A stretch of DNA of 52,758 nt from Candidatus Binatia bacterium (lineage in GTDB: Bacteria; Desulfobacterota; Binatia; Bin18), in assembly GCA_963666315.2 (NCBI GenBank), contig CAXXHG010000031.1, positions 1-52,758 of the forward strand, given 5' to 3'. Below the pieces are notes generated by a model. That model saw nothing but the letters and a program-made list of their open reading frames with translations. It made no database searches and was not told the origin of the DNA. Below are positions 29,271 through 38,653 of the stretch, piece by piece. The translations under genes were made by a program, and so were the position numbers. Position 1 is the first letter of the stretch; the number at the start of each line of letters is the position of its first letter.

Positions 29271-29489
29271 ATGCCGAGACACAAAAAGGAATTCACTTTC
29301 CTCGAACTGATGGAAAAAATCAGCGAAGCGGAACAGAACGATGACGAAGTGCTCGCAACAGTCACCCATCTTGTTAATAGTGGGCGAGTCCGTTTCTGTG
29401 GAAATTTAGCGGGCGCAAAAATTGCCACCCGCCCGACACTCGCTGCCTTCCTCAATAAGGTACGATCAAAACCAGCCTTGGCATCCTAA
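29271..29489 (+). CDS. Small hypothetical protein (72 aa)
   Basis: GGAGG RBS; plausible composition (TFLELM...DDEVLATVTHLVNSGRVRFCGN); followed by a hairpin. Confidence 0.7.
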   Translation: MPRHKKEFTFLELMEKISEAEQNDDEVLATVTHLVNSGRVRFCGNLAGAKIATRPTLAAFLNKVRSKPALAS

Positions 29490-29496
29490 GCCGTAG

Positions 29497-29522
29497 CCAC
29501 GGATACGTGGCAGCGCGCTTTT
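29497..29522 (+). terminator. Probable terminator hairpin
   Basis: gccacg-gata-cgtggc followed by agcgcgctttt. Confidence 0.4.
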
Positions 29523-29588
29523 CCGGTCAGACAGGAGGAGATCAGAACCGCCGTACGAAACGGGGCAGAACTCTTTATCCACCCGCAG

Positions 29589-29909
29589 TCAATCGCCAGT
29601 TATGCAGCAGCCGCGAAAGCGACGCAGAATCTCCCGTGCAATCTGGCCGGAATGCTGCATACTCGCCAGCCCCGTAATAATCACCTGTTCGATCTGTTCG
29701 GCTCCTACCTCGTCGCGCGCCTCGTGTTTTTCTTCGACGGCTCCAATCAGCAGCTGGGCAGGAATACGTTCTTTCGAGAGCCTAAACTTATCGGCAATAC
29801 TACGCAGCTGACTCAACGAACTGACCTCCGCTTTGATACTAATCCGGCACGGCTCATCTTCGTTTTCAATGCCGACTCTGATGATTTTCAAGTCTACTCG
29901 TTCAGTCAT
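29589..29909 (-). CDS. Hypothetical protein ending GCCITGD-TGA
   Basis: GAGGGG RBS; co-directional with the adjacent small ORFs. Confidence 0.6.
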   Translation of the reverse strand: MTERVDLKIIRVGIENEDEPCRISIKAEVSSLSQLRSIADKFRLSKERIPAQLLIGAVEEKHEARDEVGAEQIEQVIITGLASMQHSGQIAREILRRFRGCCITGD

Positions 29910-29923
29910 GCCATTCGCCCCTC

Positions 29924-30091
29924 TTAGGACTCGGCCTCACTCGGCTTCTCATACACCCGAATCGGGATGATTTGACGACATGTCGGGCACGGGACCTCTT
30001 TGATCACGGGAAAGGATCGATAGGTCGCAGTAATCTGTTTGAGCTGGATAGTGAGCTCTTTTTCGCAGCAGGGTTGTAATGCGTCAGCCAT
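29924..30091 (-). CDS. Small Cys-rich hypothetical protein (PCC...CPTC), possible Zn ribbon
   Basis: MADALQPCCEK...VPCPTCRQII; ATG 30091 chosen over the upstream TTG. Confidence 0.6.
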   Translation of the reverse strand: MADALQPCCEKELTIQLKQITATYRSFPVIKEVPCPTCRQIIPIRVYEKPSEAES

Positions 30092-30167
30092 GCCTTTTGC
30101 ACTAGCCAACCGGTCTGAGTAAGTCAAGGACGCAGGAACTCTTGTCCCGCCTGTTCCGTCTGTCCCG

Positions 30168-30527
30168 TCATGGTTTCTTCTTAATCGTTGCCCCGGAATT
30201 CTGGCGCATCACGTCCGAGACGCGCCGGGCTTCGCTCTGATCCCCCAGGGACAGCGCTTGTTTAAACTGAACAGACAGCATCCGCATTAACGCTGCCTCT
30301 TGGGGGTCGAGTACGTCAGCTAACTGAGCCAGGGTGTCCATTGCCGCCCCAATCTTCACCCCGGCCTTGGGCACGTCGCCGCCAGCACGCGCAGCGATGG
30401 CCTCTTGGAGGAGTTGCTGTACCGCGTGTAACCCCGGCTTGGCTTGTGGACCAAGAACGATTTCCAGCTCGGGCAAGCGGGTCAACAGTGTATTCAACGA
30501 CTCTGGATATGAATGATCGTGTGCCAT
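30168..30527 (-). CDS. Helical hypothetical protein
   Basis: 119-aa ATG ORF with amphipathic helical pattern, divergent from pepP. Confidence 0.65.
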   Translation of the reverse strand: MAHDHSYPESLNTLLTRLPELEIVLGPQAKPGLHAVQQLLQEAIAARAGGDVPKAGVKIGAAMDTLAQLADVLDPQEAALMRMLSVQFKQALSLGDQSEARRVSDVMRQNSGATIKKKP

Positions 30528-30594
30528 ATAGTGAGAAGCGTCTTCAATTTTTGCATTGAAGTCAAGTCAGCACGGAACGGATGATATCTTTATC

Positions 30595-31923
30595 ATGAAA
30601 ATGAACGGAAATCTTTCAACCTACCAAGCGCGGCGCCAGGCGTTTATAGAACAAATGGGCGCACAGGGGGGCGACGCTGTCGCTATTTTTCCCGCTGCAC
30701 CATCCTCAATTCGCTCCCAAGACGTAGAATACCGCTATCGGCAGGACAACGATCTCTACTATCTGACCGGCTTTCCCGAGCCGGAATCCTTATGCCTGCT
30801 CTCCCCGCAGCATGAAAAAGAACAGTTTATTCTGTTCGTTCGTCCACGCGATAAACAAAAGGAGACATGGACGGGCAAGCGGTTCGGCATCGAAGGCGCG
30901 GCAGAATATTTCGGTGTAGATGCCGCCTATAGCATTGATCAGCTTGGCGAAGTTTTGCCCGAGCACTTACTCCAGACGGAAGAAGTCTATTACAGCTTAG
31001 GCCGCGATGAGCGGCTGAACACGAAAATATTGGACTTTGTGCATCAAGCCCGCCTACAACGCCCACGTAGCGGCCAGGGGCCCGTCGCGATGATTGAGCC
31101 GAGCGAAATCCTGCATGAACTACGCTTATTCAAAAATCCTGAGGAAATCGACCTAATGCGGCAAGCGGTGAGAGCCTCAGCCGCCGCCCATCAGGCCGCG
31201 CTCGAAGAGACTCGGCCCGATATGTATGAGTACGAAATTGAAGCGCTCTTAGAATTTCACTTTCGTCGCAACGGAGCCGAAGGACCAGCGTATCCTTCCA
31301 TTGTCGCCTCCGGTGCAAATGCCACGATCTTGCACTACATCACCAACGATCAGCAAATGCAGGCCGGCGATCTGCTGTTGATTGATGCGGGTTCAGAGTA
31401 CGGCTGCTATTGCTCCGATGTCACGCGCACCTTTCCGGTCGGGCGACAATTTTCCGGGCCACAGCGAGAGATCTATGAACTGGTGCTGACCTCCCAAAAG
31501 CAGGCCATCGAAATGATCCGGCCTGGCGTGCGTTTTGACGATGTGCACCGACATGCAACCGAAATCCTCGTAGACGGTCTGCGCGATCTCGGCATCCTGT
31601 CCGGCAGCACCGAGAGTATCCTTGAAAAAGGCAACTATCGTCAGTTCTATATGCATCGTACGAGTCATTGGCTTGGCATGGATGTGCATGACGTGGGGAA
31701 ATACAAGCTCGGCGAAGAGTCACGAGAACTCGAACCAGGCATGGTCCTCACGGTTGAGCCCGGCCTGTATATTGCCGCAGATGCCGAGGTGCCGGAGGCA
31801 TATCAGGGTATAGGCGTCCGCATCGAGGACGATGTGTTGGTCACACCCGATGGCTACGAGGTGCTCACTGCCGCCATTCTTAAAGAGGTGGACGATATCG
31901 AAGCAGCTCGGCGTGGGGTGTAG
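30595..31923 (+). CDS. pepP: Xaa-Pro aminopeptidase P
   Basis: YRQDNDLYYLTGFPEP, ILHY, LIDAG..Y.SDVTRT, HWLGMDVHD, TVEPGLY, GVRIEDD. Start codon uncertain. Confidence 0.94.
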   Translation: MKMNGNLSTYQARRQAFIEQMGAQGGDAVAIFPAAPSSIRSQDVEYRYRQDNDLYYLTGFPEPESLCLLSPQHEKEQFILFVRPRDKQKETWTGKRFGIEGAAEYFGVDAAYSIDQLGEVLPEHLLQTEEVYYSLGRDERLNTKILDFVHQARLQRPRSGQGPVAMIEPSEILHELRLFKNPEEIDLMRQAVRASAAAHQAALEETRPDMYEYEIEALLEFHFRRNGAEGPAYPSIVASGANATILHYITNDQQMQAGDLLLIDAGSEYGCYCSDVTRTFPVGRQFSGPQREIYELVLTSQKQAIEMIRPGVRFDDVHRHATEILVDGLRDLGILSGSTESILEKGNYRQFYMHRTSHWLGMDVHDVGKYKLGEESRELEPGMVLTVEPGLYIAADAEVPEAYQGIGVRIEDDVLVTPDGYEVLTAAILKEVDDIEAARRGV

Positions 31924-31938
31924 GGAGCGGAGCCTGCG

Positions 31939-32226
31939 TCAAGACATTTCCTGACTATGCGTACTAAGATATTCAAGGATGGCTATCTTCTCTGACTCCG
32001 ATAAGGGTGGCCGGCCCCGGCGTTGAAACTCCGCCTCCATACGCACCATCATAAACTGCCACATCTCAGTCGTGAGCAGGCCCGGATGATACAGCCGATG
32101 GCAACCCGAGCAGCGCTGTGTATAGAGCTGCGCGCGCTCGGATTCCGGCTCGGGTAAAGACGCATTACAACCTGCCGCATAGACACTCGCGATCAAAAAC
32201 AAGCACCCTAGAAATATTCGCCTCAT
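31939..32226 (-). CDS. Mono-heme c-type cytochrome lipoprotein
   Basis: Lipobox AAGC, CSGCH heme motif, W...M.RM helix. Confidence 0.8.
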   Translation of the reverse strand: MRRIFLGCLFLIASVYAAGCNASLPEPESERAQLYTQRCSGCHRLYHPGLLTTEMWQFMMVRMEAEFQRRGRPPLSESEKIAILEYLSTHSQEMS

Positions 32227-32235
32227 TTACCCTCT

Positions 32236-32736
32236 TTATTCTGGATCAACGACAAACGGCTCGCGGCATACCGCTACTTGACCCGGAATATCTTCGATCA
32301 GTACCTCTATGGTCTGGATGCTGTTGCCCCGCGCGTCAGCTAGGCGAGTGCGTATACGCGCAATCAAATACTGAGCGATCTCCTCGGATGACGAGTGCAC
32401 TATGGGCAGCAGGCATACGTCTTGACGCGGGAAGCTGAACTGTGCGCCGTCCTCACATTCCACCTGAACGGTCTCTGTATCGACTTTAATGGCGAGACAG
32501 TCGCTTTGTTCAGGTAATAAAGTACGAAAGTGGAGTTTCCCGCACTCCTCTTCCGCAATTTTCTTCAGCACCAGGAAATCAACCACATAGCCATCAGGAC
32601 CGACCGGTCCACTCACAGTGACCTGGGCCTGATACGTATGGCCGTGCAAGGGTTCCCGGAATCCTTTAAAAGCAATGAAGTGCGCGGCAGTAAAACACAA
32701 CTGCTCCTTGCCTATCGACACAGAAAAAATGCTCAT
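32236..32736 (-). CDS. 6-pyruvoyl-tetrahydropterin synthase family protein (ExxHGH type)
   Basis: FTAAHF, EPLHGHTY, GYVVDF, SSEEIA. Confidence 0.88.
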   Translation of the reverse strand: MSIFSVSIGKEQLCFTAAHFIAFKGFREPLHGHTYQAQVTVSGPVGPDGYVVDFLVLKKIAEEECGKLHFRTLLPEQSDCLAIKVDTETVQVECEDGAQFSFPRQDVCLLPIVHSSSEEIAQYLIARIRTRLADARGNSIQTIEVLIEDIPGQVAVCREPFVVDPE

Positions 32737-32772
32737 ACGTTTATCCTATTGGCCTATCGGTCATCGCATCCC

Positions 32773-33657
32773 TTATCGGGCATCGAATCCATCCAGAAAA
32801 CCCTGGAGTCCGCTCCGACGCAATGCGGCTTCCGGACTGCCAAAGGCACGTTGATACTGCTGCTGAGTCAAGCCCGTGGTCTCCAGGAAACAGACCACTT
32901 CTTCGGCCTGGACAGGCAGGATAGGCTGGAGACGCTGATATAGTTGCTCGGCCAAATCAGTCTCATAAACGATAGTTGAAAGAAAATCCTGAACACAAAT
33001 CCCATGAGCACCACCAAGGAGACAGGACAGAAAGTAAGCAATCTGATCGTCGTTCCGCTTTCGACGCCAGGTTTCTGCTGTCGTGAGAATGTTTTCGATA
33101 CCAGTTTGCTCACGCACGGAGACAACATCAGGCGACCCAGTTCCCTCAAAACCGGGAGCGAGAAAGATTAAGGCATAGTCTGCCCCATTCAGCCGCACAG
33201 GATGGGGGATATAATGGGGGGAGGTATAGCCGGTGAGAGCGAAGAGCCGGCGACGATAGGCAACCAACTCATGCCCATTCTCAGCGTCTAGATTCCACAA
33301 CCATTCTGCCAGCCCAAGTCCATTTTCCTGCGCCCGCTCAACGAACGTATACAGAGTAGCTGGCTGATAACCTTCTCGTTTCACAAGCCGACCAAGATCC
33401 TCCAATGTGACCGTTAATCCCAGTGCTTCCACTCTTCCGTCGGGCTGAGTTTCACAAGAGACAATCTCACCCTCCAACGGAAGTTTTGCAATTTCGAGGG
33501 CGGTGGCAAACTGGTCGCCATATTTGGACAATTTTGCAAAGCCGCGCGCGCAGTTGTTCAAAGCGACAATATAGGCATCATACATCTGAAACGTTCCTGA
33601 GAACGAGAGGCCCAAGCCACTCATTAATGACCCATGACCGATGAGTGTCACCTTCAT
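32773..33657 (-). CDS. Hypothetical protein; N-terminus resembles the gamma-glutamylcyclotransferase fold
   Basis: LIGHGSLMS (compare GYGSL), RGF, L.KREGY. The fold call is tentative. Confidence 0.55.
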   Translation of the reverse strand: MKVTLIGHGSLMSGLGLSFSGTFQMYDAYIVALNNCARGFAKLSKYGDQFATALEIAKLPLEGEIVSCETQPDGRVEALGLTVTLEDLGRLVKREGYQPATLYTFVERAQENGLGLAEWLWNLDAENGHELVAYRRRLFALTGYTSPHYIPHPVRLNGADYALIFLAPGFEGTGSPDVVSVREQTGIENILTTAETWRRKRNDDQIAYFLSCLLGGAHGICVQDFLSTIVYETDLAEQLYQRLQPILPVQAEEVVCFLETTGLTQQQYQRAFGSPEAALRRSGLQGFLDGFDAR

Positions 33658-33830
33658 AAGAGGCTCTTACCTTACCGACGGCGCTCTACACGGAAAAGAC
33701 CGATCGATCTGATCGGCGGGGGGTCCTTTCCGGTAAGAAAGACACGCTACCGACTCTTCGGGGCCGCTCTCGGCATTATTATCCTGAAAAATTGTTGTAA
33801 AACCTACTCTGGGGATGATGGCGTAGCGTC

Positions 33831-34853
33831 TCATTCCGTATCGTCCTCAGGCGACTCCGGAGCAGAGAAAATATGAACTATCATATCCGTCATACCTGTA
33901 GTCTGTGCCTTCTCAACCGCCGCCCAGTCGTGATCAGGCAGGACGGCCAGTGCGGGGAACAGGTCTTTGAACTTCTTGAGACGCCAGATCGCGTCCCACC
34001 AGGCCTCACGCTTGAAGGCAAAGCCGGGCATCCACGCGTATCGATACTGGCTTTCCGTCCAAGCCAGGTTGCCGCACAGGATAACGGGCTGAGTCGGTAA
34101 ACGGACAAGAACGGCAAGTCCGCCGGCTGTCGCACCCGTTACGTCTATGAGTTCTACACTGCCGTCACCAAAAACGTCTTGGGCTGCGCTAAAGGTGCCA
34201 AGCGGATCACTAGTCGTGAAGTCCACGAATTGCCATGCACCCGCCTGATCGAATTCGTCTTGCAGGTACAGCCCAAAATTACTACTGCTGATTGCAGCAG
34301 TATGCTCAGCGCTTGTCACAACAACGGTTGCGTGCGGAAAACTCTCTAACTCTCCGGTATGGTCGAGCCGCAGGTCGGGCAAGATGACAAAGCCCACCTT
34401 GTCAGGAGAGAATTGAGCTGCCTCGAGTTGCGACACGATATCCTGCTCTGGCTCCATATGCGCTGCGCCAATAGCCGAACGGAATCCTCCCAGGTAGTGC
34501 TCAGCATCCTGCGCTATAACACGGTTGAGCCCAGTACCGACGAGAATCAATCCCTGTTGAGGGTGCTCAATGCCAAACACCAGAATGTCGAGTGCCTGTC
34601 GCTGCAGGAGACTACCGCTCTCATACACGACTCGGCTTGGCACCTGTATCGAACCCGTATTGAAGACGTGCAGCTTGAGGCCGCTCACACCGCGATATTT
34701 TTTAGGCCAGTTGTGCAATGCGGGCTCAATATAAGGCAGACGCAACGGCTCTTCACAGGCCGCGCAGGTCAGCAACACCAGGACAGCAAGCAGACCAATA
34801 TGCCTGCCAATATGACTACATTGATATATAAGCTTAAATTTTGCGCTTTCCAC
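33831..34853 (-). CDS. Metallo-beta-lactamase fold (AHL-lactonase-like) lipoprotein with degenerate metal site
   Basis: IEHPQQGLILVGTG, LPDLRLDHTG (normally HxHxDH), DVFGDGSV, GATAG (normally GHTPG), PDHD; lipobox-like CAAC. Start uncertain. Confidence 0.8.
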   Translation of the reverse strand: MESAKFKLIYQCSHIGRHIGLLAVLVLLTCAACEEPLRLPYIEPALHNWPKKYRGVSGLKLHVFNTGSIQVPSRVVYESGSLLQRQALDILVFGIEHPQQGLILVGTGLNRVIAQDAEHYLGGFRSAIGAAHMEPEQDIVSQLEAAQFSPDKVGFVILPDLRLDHTGELESFPHATVVVTSAEHTAAISSSNFGLYLQDEFDQAGAWQFVDFTTSDPLGTFSAAQDVFGDGSVELIDVTGATAGGLAVLVRLPTQPVILCGNLAWTESQYRYAWMPGFAFKREAWWDAIWRLKKFKDLFPALAVLPDHDWAAVEKAQTTGMTDMIVHIFSAPESPEDDTE

Positions 34854-34975
34854 TTGGAGACTCAGGATTCCCGACTTTCGTTACACTGCATATATGCCCG
34901 AAGGCTGCTTGAGAAAAGCACTGAATCATTTTCTCCTCTCGTCTTCTTGACTTTTTTTCCCTGAGCAGGGGCAAT

Positions 34976-35005
34976 CCCAGGACTGCCCAGGACTGTCGAG
35001 GACTG
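34976..35005. repeat. Three direct 10-bp repeats in a divergent intergenic region
   Basis: cccaggactg cccaggactg tcgaggactg. Confidence 0.6.
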
Positions 35006-35252
35006 ACTGAGGAGAGCCAGCGCCTCTTCACGCTGCTCCGCCACGCCGACCGCTCATAAGCATAACATTTGAAAATCGTTATATTTCCCGCCTCTTTCGT
35101 TATCTTTCCGTTATGCATTCAGTCATCATTCCGTGTATACTCGTGAGATAGCATATTCTCACGCTCACCCGCTTTTATGAGTTGACCTGAGCAAGGTTCT
35201 CGACTACGGTAGGGGCGTTTTTTCCAATGAAAACAATCGCAAAGGACTCCGT

Positions 35253-36668
35253 ATGGATTGGCCACCGGGCACCCAAGAGCGCATCTCGCTCGCTAAGGTA
35301 GAAGCGCAGTTGCGCACGTTCCGAGTCCGCTTCAACCTCTACACCGCCCAACACCAGCTCTATAGTATCGGTACGGTTCTGGCGCTCGGAGTCGCCTTGT
35401 TTACGATCTTGGCCTTCAGCCTGTCTTCATTCAGGTTCACCCTGGCCGCCTGGCCGCTGCTCGCACTCGTCGGGTTTGTATGTTTTCGTTTTCTTCGTCG
35501 GGGCATCACTGATTGGACGAATATCAACACTGCCGCTCATCGAGTGGATCTCCAAGTCGGCCTGAAACAACGCCTCTCAACCATTGCAGCCCAGATCACG
35601 GCTGGCGCCCCGGATGTGCTTCCGGCTTCACGCTTATGGACCTATCTCTTACGCGATAATATGGACCGACTCCCCGCCTGGGAGGTCAAAAAGGTTGGGC
35701 CAAGCCGCGTTCCGTGGAGCCTCCTGCCTTTTCTTGGCGCTGTCGCACTGGCCTTCTTCATCGCTTCTATCCCTCTCCTTTCGCCGGCGTCGGAGCCCAT
35801 GCCCTTCACCCTGACCAACCTAGAGTTGCTCACATCCGAACTTCCCGAACGCGCCGGACAACTGGTTGGCGAACGCCTGTCCATGTTGCCCGAAAACCCC
35901 CAGACTCCACCTCTGGACCCACTGCCGTCAGGTGAAACAACGACCCAACAGCACGGAGAGCAAGATCAGCAAGAAGAGCAGAGAGAGCAAGAAGGACTGG
36001 GCCAAGAGCTCCTGTCCCTGGCCTCCTTGCCTGAGAATATACAGCAGGCAATCCGCTCGGCCCTGCAAGGGCTTGAAGAGTCTGATGAGCAGCGACGAGC
36101 ACGACAAGGAGACTCGGCGGCGCAAGAACGGCAGGCACTGAACCCTGGACAGGATGGGGATGGCTTGGTTGGGTCTCAGGATGAAGCTGAGCAGCAGGCC
36201 GCTGCCGAGGGACAAGCCGGCAGAGACGGACAGGGCCAGTCGGCAGGCAAAGGGGGCAACCAGGGACCGGAGCAGGGCAGCGGCATTCAAAGGCTGCAAC
36301 AAGCCCGCCTTAAGCGGCGTCAAACAGCCGGCGTCTTTGAGCCCGCTAACCCACAACTTCCGAGCAAGGGCGGACAGGCCGGTAGAGGCGGTACGGGAGC
36401 CGGCAGCGGTACCGATCGGCGCTTATTCGGCAATGAAAAGGACCTAGACACACCCACGCCGACGTTTCGCCTCTCTTTAGATGCGAGCTTTGAGAAAAGC
36501 CGTACGGCTACTGAAATTGTCAAAGATGAAGGCGGCGGGGTGATTATCAAATCAACCAGCCAACTCAACCAAAACCAAGCCTTAGACGATGCCATCCGCA
36601 ATGCCCAAATCCCGCCTGAATATGAAGATATCGTCAAACGTCTGTTTTCTCGGGGAGAAGTTCAGTGA
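35253..36668 (+). CDS. Membrane protein with Gln/Gly-rich C-terminal region, first gene of the MoxR operon
   Basis: Three TM segments, GLKQRLST, low-complexity region, terminal IPPEYEDIVKRLF. Confidence 0.8.
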   Translation: MDWPPGTQERISLAKVEAQLRTFRVRFNLYTAQHQLYSIGTVLALGVALFTILAFSLSSFRFTLAAWPLLALVGFVCFRFLRRGITDWTNINTAAHRVDLQVGLKQRLSTIAAQITAGAPDVLPASRLWTYLLRDNMDRLPAWEVKKVGPSRVPWSLLPFLGAVALAFFIASIPLLSPASEPMPFTLTNLELLTSELPERAGQLVGERLSMLPENPQTPPLDPLPSGETTTQQHGEQDQQEEQREQEGLGQELLSLASLPENIQQAIRSALQGLEESDEQRRARQGDSAAQERQALNPGQDGDGLVGSQDEAEQQAAAEGQAGRDGQGQSAGKGGNQGPEQGSGIQRLQQARLKRRQTAGVFEPANPQLPSKGGQAGRGGTGAGSGTDRRLFGNEKDLDTPTPTFRLSLDASFEKSRTATEIVKDEGGGVIIKSTSQLNQNQALDDAIRNAQIPPEYEDIVKRLFSRGEVQ

Positions 36669-37714
36669 GTGAGACATCTACAACCGATTTAGTGCTCGAA
36701 TTCCAAGACACCTTTCAGCGCATCCAGTCCGAACTCGCCAAAGTGATCATCGGCTATGAGGAACTCATCAAAGATATTCTGATTGCCTTCTTTGCCGGTG
36801 GGCATGTCCTTATCGAAGGCGTACCGGGGACGGGCAAAACACTCCTGGTCCGTTCGCTCGCACACGTCCTCAATCTGAGCTTTAACCGGATTCAGTTTAC
36901 CGTCGATCTCATGCCGGCGGACGTGACCGGCACCCGCATGATCATGGATCGGGACGATGGTCGGCGCGAATCTGTCTTTGCTGAAGGGCCGGTCTTTGCG
37001 CATGTCCTCCTTGGAGACGAAATCAACCGGTCCACCCCTAAGACTCAGGCTGCCCTGCTCGAAGCCATGGCGGAACTCCAAGTGACGGTCGCCGGGACAA
37101 CCTATCAACTCCCCCCGCCCTTTTTCGTTCTCGCCACGCTCAACCCGATCGAAATGGAAGGAACCTATCCGCTACCGGAAGCGCAGCTGGACCGATTCTT
37201 CTTTAAGGTACGCCTGACCTATCCGACCCACCAGGAGGTCCAAAGCATTATCAGCGCAACCACCACAACTGACGTACCAGACCCCCAACCGGTTTTTTCC
37301 GAAGCTGAGGCGGCTGACAAGGTCATGGCGTTTCGCCACCTCGTGCGTGACGTGCTGGTCGCCCCGAATATCGAAGAGTATACGGCAGCGCTGATTCATG
37401 CCACACTGCCGGCCGGAGCCACATACTTGAATCAGACTGATTCCGCTTCGGTCACTTTGCCCAAAGACGATCTGGTTAACCGCTATGTCAGTTTTGGCTC
37501 AAGTCCACGCGGCGGCCAGACCTTAATGCTCGGTGCCAAGGTTGCAGCCTTGCTCGATGGCCGGGCGAATGTGAGTTATGAAGACATTGACCGCGTCATG
37601 ATCCCCGCCCTGAACCATCGGCTTGTTCTCAACTTTGCTGCGGAAGCAGAAAATATCGACCCGACGACGATTATCGAGCGGATCCGGCAGTCGGCTCAGC
37701 AACTCAAACGATAG
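36665..37714 (+). CDS. moxR: MoxR-family AAA+ ATPase
   Basis: GHVLIEGVPGTGKT, RIQFTVDLMPAD, DEINRSTPKTQAALLEAM, EGTYPLPEAQLDRF, GSSPR. Confidence 0.95.
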   Translation: MSETSTTDLVLEFQDTFQRIQSELAKVIIGYEELIKDILIAFFAGGHVLIEGVPGTGKTLLVRSLAHVLNLSFNRIQFTVDLMPADVTGTRMIMDRDDGRRESVFAEGPVFAHVLLGDEINRSTPKTQAALLEAMAELQVTVAGTTYQLPPPFFVLATLNPIEMEGTYPLPEAQLDRFFFKVRLTYPTHQEVQSIISATTTTDVPDPQPVFSEAEAADKVMAFRHLVRDVLVAPNIEEYTAALIHATLPAGATYLNQTDSASVTLPKDDLVNRYVSFGSSPRGGQTLMLGAKVAALLDGRANVSYEDIDRVMIPALNHRLVLNFAAEAENIDPTTIIERIRQSAQQLKR

Positions 37715-37728
37715 GGATACCGCCCGGC

Positions 37729-38637
37729 GTGAGTCTCACTGATCCGGCTTTCTTCAGACAACTCGACCGTCTGCGCATCCGCGTTCGTACGGCGCGTGGT
37801 CACCGGCCGGGAGAGACGCCTATTCCGCGCACCAGCCAAGCGTGGGGCGTAGAATTCGAATCTTATAAAGACTACGCCCCGGGAGACGATTTCCGGTATC
37901 TAGACTGGAATGCCGCCAGTCGGCTCGACAAGCTCATGGTCCGAACGTTTACCGCCGAGCGAGAAATTCCCTTTCATCTCATCCTCGACACCAGTGCCTC
38001 GATGGGCGCACCGAGCAGAGATAAGAAATTTGGATTTGCCACCGATCTTACGGCGGCGCTGAGCTATATCGTGCTGTCCAGTAATAATACGCTCCGGATC
38101 GCAGCCCTGGCCTCGCCGGAAAAAGGCCAGCGACCCTTTTGGGCAACCCCGTTTTTGCGCCATCACAATCGCTTCTTCCGTTTGCCGCCTTTTCTTGAAT
38201 CGCTCTCTCCCGCAGGCAAAACCTACCTTCGAGAATCAGTCCAGGCCTATGTCAGCCAAACCAAAGAGCCCGGGGTGGTCATCCTGATCTCGGACTTCCT
38301 GACTCCACCGAGACAATATGAAACCGCTCTCCTCTTCCTCATTGCCCGCGGCTACGAGGTCAAAGCCATCCACGTCATGGGCGACAGTGAGCTACATCCG
38401 GAACGCCTCTTTCGACGCGGCAAGCTGTATGATGTGGAAGCACAAACCGAACGCTGGGTCACCCTGAGTCGCGCCAACCTTGAGCAGTATCAAGACGCCC
38501 TGTCAACGCACTGTGAGGCGCTCCAACAGTTCTGCCATCAACACCAGATCTTGTATGCCCGTGTCTCCACGGCCCAGCCCATTATGCAGACGGTCACCGA
38601 TACACTGGCCCGTTCCGGATTACTGACACTCCACTGA
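37729..38637 (+). CDS. DUF58 domain protein
   Basis: EFESYKDYAPGDDFRYLDWN, ILDTSASM, ILISDFL. Confidence 0.92.
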   Translation: MSLTDPAFFRQLDRLRIRVRTARGHRPGETPIPRTSQAWGVEFESYKDYAPGDDFRYLDWNAASRLDKLMVRTFTAEREIPFHLILDTSASMGAPSRDKKFGFATDLTAALSYIVLSSNNTLRIAALASPEKGQRPFWATPFLRHHNRFFRLPPFLESLSPAGKTYLRESVQAYVSQTKEPGVVILISDFLTPPRQYETALLFLIARGYEVKAIHVMGDSELHPERLFRRGKLYDVEAQTERWVTLSRANLEQYQDALSTHCEALQQFCHQHQILYARVSTAQPIMQTVTDTLARSGLLTLH

Positions 38638-38653
38638 TCGCTCTCACCTGCCT

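Noticed and set aside
29520-29590. Hammerhead ribozyme (CGAAAC seen)
   Set aside because: No CUGANGA core at a suitable position; more likely a terminator hairpin.
34834-35118. ORFs 34834..35118 and 34862..35044
   Set aside because: No family motifs; they lie in a divergent promoter region containing repeats.
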